Shown here: positions 40,863-54,034 of the stretch, piece by piece
Numbering within the stretch: position 1 is the stretch's first letter
How the letters are laid out: each line of letters begins with the position of its first letter
From: Paraspadella gotoi
Lineage: Eukaryota; Animalia; Chaetognatha
Direction: 5' to 3'
DNA: 64,000 bases
Assembly (NCBI GenBank): GCA_051294375.1
Contig: CM119270.1
Coordinates: forward strand, 133,353 to 197,352
The notes under the pieces: model-generated
The model's input: the letters and a program-made list of their open reading frames with translations, nothing else
The model's database searches: none
Told to the model about the DNA's origin: nothing
Made by a program: the position numbers and the translations under genes

Positions 40863-42067
40863 CTTAATCTCTCAAAGCGTACAATTTCATGATTCATATT
40901 AAATTCGGAAATGAAGTTAATTGTTTAGGTTTAAAAAATTAGATTAAAGGTTAGGGTTAGGTTTATTATAGGTTTGGTACTAAATTATGGCTACAGAAAT
41001 GGGGGACTTTCGGAAAAGAGAGCCAAAAGGAAATTAAACAAAAATTAAATGAAGTCCGTCTGTCCGATTTGGGTCATTTATCTTAACTGTCAAATCCAAT
41101 CCGTCAAACTGTCAGTCAGTTTGGGTTTGTCTGAATATTGTTTCTTTTTTTACCTCTCTGACTTGGCTTTGATTGTCTGTTTTTATATCTGATTCCTTTT
41201 ATCAATTTATGTCTGTCTGTCTATCTCACTGACCGTCTGTATTAGATTGTCTGACTACATCCGTACATCATTCTTAAAGGCGAAAACGAGAACAACGACA
41301 ACAACAACGACAACAACAACAATATCCTTGCGTTGATCCTTGCGTCTTAACCTTCGTTTTTCCTTTTCACGATTTTCTCTCAAGTTTACTTTCTTTCCAC
41401 ATTCACTTTTATCGCTTTGCGTCTCTCTCTCTCTCTCNNNNNNNNNNTCTCTCTCTCTCTGCTTCCCTCTCTCTCTTTCTCTCTCTCTCCTCTTCTCTCT
41501 TTTTCTCCCTGTCAAAGCCATCAGTGTCTTTTGTTTTTCTCTGTTAAACGGATTTTTTCTCTTAACGAGACTAAAGCGACCTCTTTTTTTCCTTATTCGA
41601 TTCCACGTCTTTTGTAATTTATTCAATTAAAAAAAAATTACCTACTTATTCTCGCACATGGTCACTTTAACCGTATTTTTTAACTTAAATATATTTTTAA
41701 ATTTATAAACGAATCCCTAACCATAATGGCAACACCGTCAGGACCCTGGCGATATTGCCAAGTGTAAGATGCCAATCAACTAGAACCCTAACTCTAAACA
41801 CCAAACTCTAACCCAAACCCTTAACCCTAGTCACAAACCAAGACCCTAACTTTATTCCCTAACCTAATTCCTAACCTTATTCTTAACCCTAACCTCTAAC
41901 CTTATCTTTAACTTAAAGATAATTACCTATTTCCGAATTTAAGACAGAATTGGTCGTTTTGGGAAATTCAGGCCCGTTTTCCTTTACGCGACTAAGAAAA
42001 AACTTTTTAAAAATTTTAACATTTTATGCAGAATTCTGGAATATATAAAACAGGGTTGTATAGATAT

Positions 42068-42290
42068 GTAGTCGAGCATTGCAATATGTTCAGTTCACCC
42101 CGCCTTTAAGCATGACACCTTCATGACCCGTCGTGACCAGGTGGCTCATTGAGTACTACAATCAGCTCATGACCCCTAAGTACCGGAATCGATCCCCAAT
42201 GGTACTATCCTGCGGAAAACCCTCAAGCCTGGTTCCATGCCCAGGACCCGTTCCATGGCTGCTAGAGAGAGATTTGAAGAAGTTGCTCAT
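42068..42290 (+). mobile_element. SINE-like element family B (internally deleted, 3' truncated)
   Basis: gtagtcgagcattgc start, gtggctcattgagta, ggaatcgatccccaatggtac, ggaaaaccctcaag, ttccatggctg shared with the other copies. Confidence 0.75.
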
Positions 42291-42374
42291 AGTCATCATC
42301 AGCCCATTTAGCTCCTCATCTTCAGATGAAAAACATCTTTTCTCCTTCTTTCGCTCTCACCCATTCTCATTTAC

Positions 42375-42861
42375 CCTCCACTTTCCTCAAACTCGCCCAA
42401 GTATCACGAATGTGAAGACGAAGATTTGAATTTGAAGCCGAAGATTTGATGACGACGACGACGTCGATGTTGACGCAGGGAGATGGTTGTTGTTGTTGTT
42501 GTTGCTCTTGTGGTTTGTGTTGTTGTAGTTGCGTTTGTTCTTTTGGTTTTTCTTGTTGTTTTTGAGTTTGTTGTTGTTGTGGTTGTTTATATTCATTCGT
42601 TGAAATTGTTTTATTTTCTTTCCGCGAAAGAAAAATTATTTGGTTGAATGGAATCGTCGTCGTCGTCGTCATCGTCGTCGTCGCTGCTGTTTTTGTTTTT
42701 TTTGTTGTTGTCTTCTCTGTTTTGTTTTTCTTTTCATTTTTCTTTTTTAATTCGTTGTTTCGGTTTTGTTTCTTCGTCGTTTTTTCCGAATCTTTTTCCC
42801 TTTTGTTTTTCTTCGTTTCTTTTGATTTTCCGTTTTCTTCATTTTTTGATAAAAAGTCCGA
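42375..42861 (-). CDS. Low-complexity stem (K/T/Q-rich) and start of GT31 domain 1
   Basis: tgcag acceptor, gtaaat donor, 487 nt, phase 0-1. Ends QQPSPCVNIDVVVVIKSSASNSNLRLHIRDTWASLRKVE (RxxIRxTW motif). Confidence 0.85.
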
Positions 42862-43477
42862 CTGCAGACATTGAAAGAAAAAGGGGTGGACAGTACATGA
42901 ATTCATTTAAAAAACAAATGTTTATAAATACTATAAAATTAAATTAAAATTATTATATCTTAATTCGTTTTTATAATTTTTTCACTTATTTTTGTCTTCT
43001 CTGTGTCATTATTTGTAGTCGTTGTTGTCGAATGAGCAATCTGGCCTTGACTTGACTTGGCTTTTCTTTTCTCTTCTTTTCTTTTCTTTTCTTTTCTTTT
43101 CTTTTCTTTTCTTTTCTTTTCTTTTCTTTTCTTTTCTTTTCTTTTCTTTTCTTTTCTTTTCTTTTCTCTACTTTTCTTTTCTATTCTTTTTTTTTCACTC
43201 CTTTCTTCTCTTTTTACCTTATTTTTTTCTATCTTTCCTTATTTTTTATGTCTTTCTAATTATTTCATTTCTTTTTATATTATTATTTTTTTTTGTTATT
43301 AATTAATTGATTTTAGTAGGCTGATCAGATTTTTTAAAAAATTATTTGATTGACCAATCAATTCACCAATCAATCCACCCATTTATAATTTCATCAACCA
43401 CTCAAGTTATTATTCCCATTGCTTGCCAGATTGCTTGCCAGATTGCTTGCCAGATTGCTTGCCCCGCCCCTTCTTAC

Positions 43478-43625
43478 CCAATACTCAGCGATTCGCTTAT
43501 TTTCCCTTTTTTCAGCTCGAGATAAAATTTCTTCACAATTTTCCATTTTTTGTTTTTCGTTGACGCAGACGATGTCATCATTTTCGTCTCCAAATCTTTT
43601 CACGAATTCACGAAGTTGACCGATG
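43478..43625 (-). CDS. Probable upstream stem exon of the GT31 gene
   Basis: ctcacag acceptor, gtaaga donor; the phase-0 end matches the next exon. IGQLREFVKRFGDENDDIVCVNEKQKMENCEEILSRAEKRENKRIAEYW. No family motif; first/TM exon not found. Confidence 0.6.
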
Positions 43626-44063
43626 CTGTGAGGAGAATCAGAAATTTAGCCTCCTCCTCATAAACAGTCACTAAATAAAGAAGACTCATCACAAATATGT
43701 TGTAAAATCATATAAAATGCCAAACCGAGACCTTCAAAACCGACTATCATTAATCTTTTTTAAATTTTACGGTTGCATAGATATATTCTCACGAAATGTT
43801 TCAAACCAGAAAAATCATACTGTATCTTTCCATTTCTAGTTATTAGTGACAAAAAGACGATTGCTGGAAAGAAAATGCGTCGTTTTTGCCTTGCCTTGCC
43901 TTGCTTTTTATATGAGTTTCCATGCCTATCTTTCATCTCAATTCATCGCCATGCCTTGCTTTTCAAAGTCTTTCTATGCTTATCTTTCATCTCCTTTCCT
44001 TGCCAGCCTGCCATGCCTTGACTACTAGTCAATGTCAAGGCTTCCAACGCTTTGCTCTTTCAG

Positions 44064-44184
<121 letters not shown>

Positions 44185-44756
44185 ACCCGTTGATAAAAAG
44201 AGGACGAACGTTGCGCCTCTCGCGGGAAAAAAAAGAATCACGTCGCTTGACGACGACGACGACGACGACGAAAACGACGACGACGACGACGACGAAAACT
44301 GAGAGAAGAGACCTAATTTTACGAGAGAAAAATCTCAGTCTCATATCCTTCGTTTTTCTTTTGTTTTCTTTGTTTTTTCTTTTGTTTTTTTTGTTTTTTA
44401 GTTTTTTGTTTTTCTTTTTTTTTTCTTAGCTTATTATTTTCTTTATTTTTACTTTTTTTTCTATGTTTTTTTTTCCTTTTTTATTTCGTTTGTTTTTATT
44501 CCTTTTGTTTGTTTTTCCTCTCTTTTTTTTCTCATTCGTTTTTATTACTCGCGTTTCCTTTTGTTTTTTTTTGCGATGTTTTTTTCTTGTTTTCTCTTGT
44601 TTTATTTTTTAATCAAATGATTCAATCGGAAAGTTTTCTTGTTTTGTGCTGAAGTGGAAAGAGGTAGAAACTGTATAAGAGAGGAAAGAGAAATAGAGAG
44701 AAAGACAGTGAGAGAGAGAAAGAGAGAGAGAGAAAGAGAAAGAGAGAGAGCGAGAG

Positions 44757-44792
<36 letters not shown>

Positions 44793-44805
44793 GAGAAAGA
44801 GAGAG

Positions 44806-44861
<56 letters not shown>

Positions 44862-44952
44862 GAAGAGGAGAGAGAAGAGAGAGAGGAGAAATAGAGAGTA
44901 AGAGAGAGAAGAGAGTGAGAGAGAGTGAGAAAGAGAAGAAATAGAAAGTAAA

Positions 44953-45029
<77 letters not shown>

Positions 45030-46141
45030 TGAGAGAGAGTACGTCTTTTGTTATTCTCTATTTTTTTTCTAAATCAAATTCATGCTTATTGATGATTAGC
45101 ATAAGATTATCTTTTCGCACGGAATTCGAAAAGCGAAAATTAAATATGACAAAAAAAATGTAAAAAAAAAACTGAGGGAAGAGAATAAATAAAATAAAAT
45201 AAGACAAGAGAAAATCAAAAATAGACTAAAATACAAAGAACCCGAAAATTAAAAAAATAATGAAATGTTAAATCAACTCAAACAGTAAGAAATTAAGTCA
45301 AAAACGAAAAAAAGAATAAATTGTTTTAAAAAATAGCGAATATTTCGAGGTTTAGCTTTAAATGTCAGTAAAATTTACTATTACTACTTGATCTAAACTA
45401 AAGAGCCGAGGAAAAAACTATAGGCGGTATTGTAATTCGAGAGAGATTTTTTGATTAAACTTTAGTTATGCTGATCGATTCATTATTTAAAGAAACATTC
45501 TCGAAAAGTTGTGAAGATGTGAACAAATTCACTATAATTTCAATATTCAATATTATAATTATAATTTATTATAATTATATTTTATATTTATTATAATTAT
45601 ATATTATAATTATTATTGAATATTATAAAGTAGAAAAAAGTATTTTTTTTTCCCTGCAACTTTTATCGCAAATTTTGAGTGAAAGAAAAAATCTTTCTGT
45701 TTTTTATTTATTTTTTTGTTTCGTTTGACATTCGATTCGTCACAGATCATGAACCCAGAAAATTTATTTCTTTTTTTGTGAATCGAGATCTTGAGTCCGT
45801 GAAAAATGTGAGAATTGAGACATTTGACGAAATTTCATTCACGTAAATTGAAATTCGTACGAATTCCGTGAAAGTTTTTTTTATTTTCACTAAATTAAAA
45901 TTCGTCATAAAACATAAAATAGTAAATAAAATAATAAAATCGTAAAAGTTAAAATCGCTTTCGTATAGAAAATAGAAAAAGAAAGAAAGAAAGAGAAAGA
46001 GAAAGTTAAAGAAATGAAAAAAAAGAATAAAATAAATAAACATTTTATTTTTTTTCTACTAATAATAATAATCAGGACCTTCACAGGAAAATAACCGAAA
46101 AACACAAAGAAAAATGAAAATAACAATAGAAAGAGAGATAA

Positions 46142-46192
<51 letters not shown>

Positions 46193-48048
46193 AAATCGGT
46201 GGTCGAAAAAAACAGAGACAAATTTCTCGAGGGTTTAAAACATTTTTTATTATCCCACTCCTTAATCCTCGTATACTTAAGGGGACGACGATTCGATATC
46301 CAAAATACTTAAGGGGACAATTTAAGAAGAAAACAAAAAAATAATGAAATTGGAAAAAAAAAGAAAACTTCAATGCGATAAAATTACATTAAATTCTGAT
46401 CGAGTTTCAGTTTCAATTTCAGCTTAAGGGAATAAAATCAAATTGTAATCTTATTCCACTTAGTTTATTCGATTCTTAACAAATTGTTTCATATGAATTA
46501 TAAATACTACTTTTTTTGTAAATTATACAAATAAATTTAAAACCTAATTACTTCATTAACTAAATGTGAAATCTAGTAATATCGCGGGTGAATCTATTTT
46601 AAAATGTCATTTGGTCTCTACTTTTTCACAATAAAAAATATTTAATTCACAAAAGATTTTGTGAAACGATTGACGCTTTTTCACGTGAAGTAAATATTAA
46701 ATATTAAATATTAAATATTAAATTTAAATATTCGTCACTTACTTTTTTTTGTTTTATTTTTTTTCACAATAGTTAATCTGTTTCTAATTAATAAATTCCT
46801 ATAACTCTTTATTTGTTTATCTTTAATTTCTCGTCTTATTTCAAAAAAAATAATACTTAACTACATTTTTTTTAATTTGAGTTACGAGAGAATTAGAAGT
46901 GATTTGTCGTTGTCGTCATTGTCTTTGGAAGAGAGAGAGAGAGAGAGGGAGAGAGAGAGATAATTTCCCAAGATATATCAATATTCAAAGTTTGAAATGT
47001 ACCAAAATATAGATATTATAGACATTATGAGTTTCTCATCAATGATTTTCCAACAGGAATGATGTACGATATCTATTATTAGAAAACAGGAAGAGAAAGT
47101 AATCTAACCTTGTTTTGCGTAGGTGCACCTCCAATTTCCAGAACGCAATACTAACGTCCTCATCCCAAACAAATAAATAATATTATATTTAAATGTTTAA
47201 GACAAGACTCACTACGTCCTCTCCCTCTTCCCTTTTCAGACTTCTCCACTTCATCGTCTCTGTCTCTTTCGTCTCTGTCTCCATTCGACTGTGGAGACGG
47301 AGTCTTTCTCAACTGCGACGACGAGAGACTTCAAGAGACAAACTCCACCAACGGTTGGTCGAAGAGAGGAAGGGATGGCGGTGTGGGGCCGTTGGTCCAG
47401 CAGAATAACTTTTGATTCATTTCATATAAGATTTAGTTCTTCAATCTCATTTACATATTGTAGTAGTTTCGATCATTTTTCATATATTTTGATACACAAT
47501 TAAGGGTGAAAAGGGACGCTTTTTGAAAATAAGTCCGAATTGGCACCATATTTCGAGAGAGCCTCGTTTAGATTATTAATCTATTAACTTAATTATAAAT
47601 ATATTATCTGGCTCTAATATATTTCCAAATCTTAAATACAATCCCCCACCATTATCAATATTTCCTAACTCCAAACTAATCATTAACCTTTAATCTAAGT
47701 AATGTGTAACCTTTATGATGTTAGTTGTAAAAAGAAACCTTTAATCTTTAGTCTTTAACTTAATTTAAATTTACTCCTTAATCACTAATATTACTTCATA
47801 ACCTTAAACCCAAATTGATAACCCTAACCCTGACCAAAACTCTAACCTAATCGCTAACCCTAATCTCTATCCTACTTCCCATCTCTAACCCTTAATGTAA
47901 TTATTAAGTTTAAAAGTTAGAGCGCTTTCGAAAATATATTCTTATATCGGTTGTATTAACTTCATTAAAAGTAAAAGATTGGGTCATTGATCCGAGTTGA
48001 GTTTTGAGGTTTGAGAAAATATGAGGTCATGGGGCTTTAGTTGTTGTT

Positions 48049-48086
<38 letters not shown>

Positions 48087-48777
48087 TGTCGTCCTCAGCC
48101 CGGATTCGGTCATGATGGCTTTTGGTGAAAAATGGAGAATCACACCGAGGGTCCCCGAATTATGAATGGAACAGAGAGAGAGGAAGAGGGGTAGAGAGAG
48201 GGGAGGAAGGAAGAGGGATAGGGAGAGAGAGCGAGAGAGAGAAAGAAAGAGAGAGAGAGAGAGAGAGGTGAACGGCGGGTGATATTTAATCTAAACCAGA
48301 CGCTATAAAGGGAAAAGGTAGTGAATTTTGTATTAAAGATGAATTATTTTTCATCTGAATAATAACGAAGCTAAAAAAATAAAACACCCCAACTTCGGCG
48401 TGTAATCTAAACCAAAGTTTTAGGTAACATTGATTAATAAAATTAATGATACTAATTAATAAAATCTCTCGAGTGAAAAAGACATCGACTTTTATAGATT
48501 TTTAATTTGGAGCAAAAAACCCCGCGAGCAAAAAATCGCATGATCCGTGAAAAGGGTCATCCTGATCTTTCCCCCCCCCACCCAAATCGTTTTCTCTTTA
48601 AATCATTTCTAAATTTGATCTTTTCCTTTATTCTCTATTTCCCTTTTTTTTCAATTTACTTCCTCCTTGTTGCGGTGTCCTTAATTTTGTCTCAACTTTG
48701 ATATTTTTATTAAACATTTTGACATTTTCTTATTTTAGAAAGTCATCCTTTTTCGTATTAATGACGAAACACTGTAA

Positions 48778-49700
48778 CTTCCACTTAATTTCACTTCCCT
48801 CTTTTCCCTTTCCACCTAATTCTTCATTTCCATTTTCCATTTCCACTTTCCTTCACTTTCCTCCCCCTAATTTCACTTCCATTTTTTACCTTTCCAACTA
48901 ATTCTTCATTTCCATTTTCCATTTCCACTTTCCTTCCCCTAATTTCACTTCCATCTTTTCCCTTTCCAACTAATTCTTCATTTCCATTTGCCCTTTCCAC
49001 TTTCCTCCACTTTCCTCCCCCTTATTCCACTTCCCTCTTTTCCCTTTCCACCTAATTCTTCATTTCCATTTAACGTACGCTTAGTCCAACTTTCCTCCCC
49101 TTAATTTCACTTCCCTTTTTCCCTTCCAACTAATTCTTCATTTCCTTTTGCCCTTTCCACTTTCCTCCACTTTCCTCCCACTTTCCTCCCCATATTCCTT
49201 CCCTCTTTCCCTTTCGCACCTAATTCTTTTTTTCCATTTGCCCTTTATACTTTCCTCCACTTTCCTCCCCCTAATTTCACTTCCCTCTTTTCCCTTTCCA
49301 TCCATTCATTTCCATTTGCCCTCTCCACTTTCCTCCACTTTCCTCCCACTACTTCCACTTTCCTTTTTTCCCTTTCCACCTAATTCTTCATTTCCTTTTG
49401 CCCTTTCCACTCTCCTCCACTTTCCTCCCCATAATTCTACTTCCCTCTTTTCCCTTTCCACCTAATTCTTCATTTCCATTTTCCCTTAACACTTTACTCC
49501 ACTTTCCTCCCCCTGATTTCACTTCCCTCTTTTCCCTTTCCACCTAATTTTTAATATCCATTTTCCATTTCCACTTTCATTCACTTTCCTCCACTTTCCT
49601 CCACTTTCCTCCACTTTCCTCCTCCTAATTCCACATCACCCTGTTCACCTTTCACCTTTCTCACTTAATTTTCCTTCCCTCTTTTCCCTTTCCACATCCC
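48778..49700. repeat. Pyrimidine-rich ~65-80-bp degenerate minisatellite upstream of the receptor exon
   Basis: Recurring ctaattcttcatttcc / ttccactttcctcc / aatttcacttcc blocks. Confidence 0.8.
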
Positions 49701-49724
49701 CCTGCCCCATCTTTCCATTTCCAG

Positions 49725-49907
49725 ATTCCACCACGGATATGCCCCCAATCCAAACGGTGATCCTTTGCTGTATCATCGCCGGAATTCTCAGTCTTCTGAC
49801 AATCGTTGGGAATCTCATGGTCATGATCTCTTTCCGTCTGGAGAAGCAGTTGCAGACCGTCTCCAACTATTTCTTGCTCAGTCTTGCAGTCGCTGACATC
49901 ACCATCG
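49725..49907 (+). CDS. mAChR-A: Muscarinic acetylcholine receptor, TM1-TM2 exon
   Basis: ttccag acceptor, gtgagt donor. [60 protein letters not shown]; an in-frame ATG at 49739 could be the start. Confidence 0.93.
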
Positions 49908-50033
49908 GTGAGTGATTGTGTTGGGATGAACTTTGTGTGAAATTTGTGATTAAACTTTAATTATCATATCAGTGATTATCAATCATTCTTTCTTACTGTT
50001 TTATTTGTGAAAGGGTGGATATCTTTGGAGAAT

Positions 50034-50090
<57 letters not shown>

Positions 50091-50302
50091 TGATTTATGC
50101 AGCGCCTAAAAAGTACACCGCTAAGTAGTCCCCTTATTTGTGTGAGCTTTTTGAACCGTTTACATTGGAACTTCCTGATCGGGTAGGAGAAAGTGAATGT
50201 TTAGAAAATAGAAGAGCAGACAGAGAAAGAGAGAGAGAGAGAGTTAGAGAGAGAGAGAGAGGGAGAGAGAGAACGACAGAGAGAACAAGAGAGAGAGTGA
50301 GT

Positions 50303-50334
<32 letters not shown>

Positions 50335-50526
50335 CATTTAAACAAACAAACAATCACACGCGGAGACAAACAGAGAAATACAAACCACAACAGTGACTCA
50401 ACGACATATTCCGCCCAACTCTCTCTCTCTCTTTCCCTCCCCTACTCTCTCTCTCTCTCTCTCTCTTTCTCTCTTTCCCTTTCCTATCTCTCTCTCTCTT
50501 CTTTCCTCTCCCCTCCTTCTCTCTCT

Positions 50527-50565
<39 letters not shown>

Positions 50566-50570
50566 TTCTT

Positions 50571-50745
50571 CTCTCTTCTCAATGCCATTCTACACGGTCT
50601 ACCTTGTGATGGGCAATCGTTGGCCATTTGGTCCCATCCTTTGCGACACTTGGCTCTCCATTGACTACACAGTCAGCAATGCGTCTGTCGCCAATCTGCT
50701 TGCAATCTCATTGGACAGATATTTCTCTGTCACTCGTCCACTGAG
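50571..50745 (+). CDS. mAChR-A: Muscarinic receptor TM2-TM3 exon (acceptor AG missing from the assembly; start approximate)
   Basis: [57 protein letters not shown], with the muscarinic-specific DYxxSNASV and [10 protein letters not shown] motifs; gtgatt donor at 50746. Confidence 0.93.
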
Positions 50746-50971
50746 GTGATTGATTGATTATTTGATAAAAGATTGGTTTAATTAATGATTAAGTGAAAAA
50801 TTATTGAGTAATTGATTGTTTAATTGATTGGTTTAACGATTTAATTAATCAATGAATAGTTGATGTCCATATTAAACGATTGAGTTATGAAATAATTGAT
50901 TTATTTATTTTTTAAAACTTGAGTCGTATTTCAAATCTGTATTTGATAATCGAATCTGGATTCATCTTTTT

Positions 50972-51400
50972 AAATATAGATTTTTCCTTTAAATCTAAAT
51001 TTGTCCCTCAAATCTAGATTTGTCACTTAAATCTAGATTTGTCCATCAAATCTAGATTTGTCCTTTAAATCTAGATTTCTCCTTTAAATCTAGATTTGTC
51101 CTTCAAATATAAATTTGTTCCTCAAATCTAGATTTGTCCCTTAAATCTAGATTTGTCCCTTAAATCTAGATTTGTCCCTCAAATCTAGATTTGTCCTTCA
51201 AATATGGATTTCTCCTTGAAATCTAGATTTCTCCTTAAATCTAGATTTGTCCTTCAAATATAGATTTGTCCCTCAAATCTAGATTTGTCCCTCAATTATG
51301 GATTTCTCCTTTAAATCTAAATTTCTCCTTTAAATCTAGATTTGTCCTTCAAATATAGATTTGTCCCTCAAATCTAGATTTGTCCCTTAATTATGGATTT
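50972..51400. repeat. 19-20-bp minisatellite with palindromic core (aaatctagatttgtccctc)n, about 21 copies
   Basis: Direct reading. Confidence 0.92.
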
Positions 51401-51560
51401 CGTCCTCTTGTGGATTTTTATTTTCAGTTTTTTGAATTTTTCTCATTTTTTTAGGATTCGTTCTTACTTCATTGCTTTTCTTCTTTTTATTACTTTTTAT
51501 TATTTGTATTATTATTTATTATTATTTAATATTATTTTTTTTATTTATTATTATTATTAC

Positions 51561-51608
<48 letters not shown>

Positions 51609-52048
51609 CATTATTATTATTTTTTTTATTATTATTTTTATTATTTTTATTATTTTTCTCTAGCAATAAGTCCTTTTATTTTTTTCGTCCAATTTGCTCT
51701 AGCATTGATTCTATATACACATTTTGCCCCAGCGTTAACCTCCGTCTGCTCATTTCGCTCCAACACTTCCGCTCCATTAGCTCAAACATTTGTTTTCGTC
51801 CGATCGAATATCCTTTTTTTTTTTTGCTCCTTTTTATTATTTTTTTGTGACAAAACTTTATTTTTATTTCTCTTCGCTATCGATTATCGTTATTTCTTGA
51901 AATAGTTTTCTTTTTTTTCCCTTTTTTTATTTTTTTTTCTGTTTGGATCTTTTTTTCTTATTTTATTTTGGTTCCATTTTTTTGCTGCTCCAGTTTTTTT
52001 TTCTGATTTCGTCCATTTCACAAATCTTGTGATGGATTGAGGACTAAG

Positions 52049-52096
<48 letters not shown>

Positions 52097-52157
52097 CTCT
52101 CTTCCCTTTCTCTCTTTTCCTCTCTTTCCTTTTCTCTCTCTCTCTTCCTCTTTCTCT

Positions 52158-52220
<63 letters not shown>

Positions 52221-52950
52221 ATTCTCTCTCTCACTCCTTTCTCTTTCTTTCTGTCTGCAATACTATATTAGAGAAAATTTCATAGATGGGAGAGATATTT
52301 ACTTTTTAGCTATAATCTCCAAACAATGTATGCACTCCTTCACGCTTACTCTAACCAACCAACAATTTTCGTCCTAACCAACCTCTAACCAACTTCCCTA
52401 ACCCCAATCTTCCACTATCATGATTTTGGTGGAACAAATGATATGGAAAAAAAAAAGAACAAGAATAACAAGATAGAACAAAAAAAGAACAGCCGAAGTT
52501 GCAACTTCATCGCAGCTGCAGTTTTTAGTTCATTTTAACTAATTTTAACAGTTTCAACCTCGTTGCAGCAGAAGCTTAAACTTCATTGTAGCTGCACCTT
52601 CAACTTCATTGCAGCTAAAGTTTCAATTTTAATGCAGCTGCACTTTTATCTTCATTACAGCTGAATTTAAACTTTATTACATCTTCAGATTCAACACTGT
52701 CCCAACTGCTGCAATTTGTCTGCATCTGACATTTTTCTTCGGCAGCAGCAAGTAAACTCCTGTAACTGAAAAATATGTACAAAATATTTTACTACAACTG
52801 CAAATTCTTAGCAGCAAATCAAAAGTGAATTCGTTTTTATTCACATAACTTGTGATATCAAACTGGAGACATCAAAAGTGAATTCGTTTTTATTCACATC
52901 ACGTTTTTTCTAAGATTCACTTTTTATCGCATTCTTTGAGGGGGGCAGTG

Positions 52951-53480
52951 TTACTTTTGCGCCGCGAGTACTCGAGAAGCAACTCTATATGTCACTTTTC
53001 GGTCAGTCGGTCCGTCGGTCCATCGGTCCGTCCGTTGATTACTCATTGCTCATATGTTAAGATATAAAAAACCTCAAATCTAAGGGATTGCTAGTGCCGG
53101 CTTCAGGAATTCCTAAAACTATTGTAGTCGGGCATTGCTTAAGTTCACACCCCGCCCATAACATGAAACTTCGGTCTTGATCCGGTGAGCTCATTGAGTA
53201 AAGCCATCAATCCCAACCCGCTACTATCCTGCGGGAAGCGTGAGGACGCCCGTAAGCCGCCTTTGGGCCGTGGAAAACCCTCAAGGCTGGTTCCAAGCCC
53301 AGGACCCGTTCCATGGCTGGGAGAGGGGGTTAAAGAAGTTGCGGAGAGTACTCTTCAGCCCCACTAGCGCCTTATCCGCACAATAGGGATAAAGACGAAA
53401 TTTTGATACAAGTGCATGTCATAAATACATGGGCAAAGAAGTTTGTTTATCTTGTCATGTCATGTCATACGTGATCAAAG
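52951..53480 (+). mobile_element. Helentron/DINE-1-like non-autonomous element with a nested family B SINE
   Basis: gcaactctata + (GGTC/GTCC) microsatellite + ttgctcat.tgttaaga + cttcaggaat...aaagacg...cataaatac, all colinear with 61014-61359. Also in the duplicate at ~57240-57780. Confidence 0.6.
53124..53385 (+). mobile_element. SINE-like element family B
   Basis: gtagtcgggcattgc start to cccactagcgccttatccgcacaata end; homologous to 32957-33292 and 42068-42290; duplicate at 57413-57681. Confidence 0.75.
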
Positions 53481-53917
53481 GGAATATTCTTAGTAAAAAC
53501 CTTTAATTCTTAGTTTTATTTATTTTTATCCTTTATCCAAATCAAACTTAAGCTCTAACGAGATAATTCAAACTATCCAAAGTTTGGATTCCAAACTATG
53601 ATTCTTATCCTTTGAATAAATTTTTTTCACGATTTGGTCTTTGATGGCGTTAGTGTTTTGATTTTGATTTGATTTATTTTGCTCAAAATGTTGATAGAAC
53701 ACAACTACACTCAAAGGAGCCGAACATGAATGTTATGTATGTATATACAAGTTCCTTTCATAATTTTGACCTCATAGACCTAATTTGACCTAATAGACCC
53801 TTGACCTAATTGCGCACCCTTTCTTTACTTCATCACTGCTGCTCATTTCATCTCCTTCCCCATATTCAACCTTGACACGAATCACTGACCTTTATGAGTT
53901 TATTGCTCATTCACAGC

Positions 53918-54034
<117 letters not shown>

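Noticed and set aside
40863-40897. Short first exon MNHEIVRFERL ending at the gtaagt donor
   Set aside because: Its phase does not fit either downstream acceptor; the 42375 exon supplies the correct motif and phase.
41780-41915. Interstitial telomere (TAACCC-like runs here and near 38.4, 40.95, 47.8 and 59.2 kb)
   Set aside because: Short, degenerate and dispersed; more likely internal parts of repeats.
48112-48124. Candidate first coding exon of the receptor (atgatggcttttg|gtgaaa)
   Set aside because: Phase fits, but it is too short and the donor too weak to support without transcripts.
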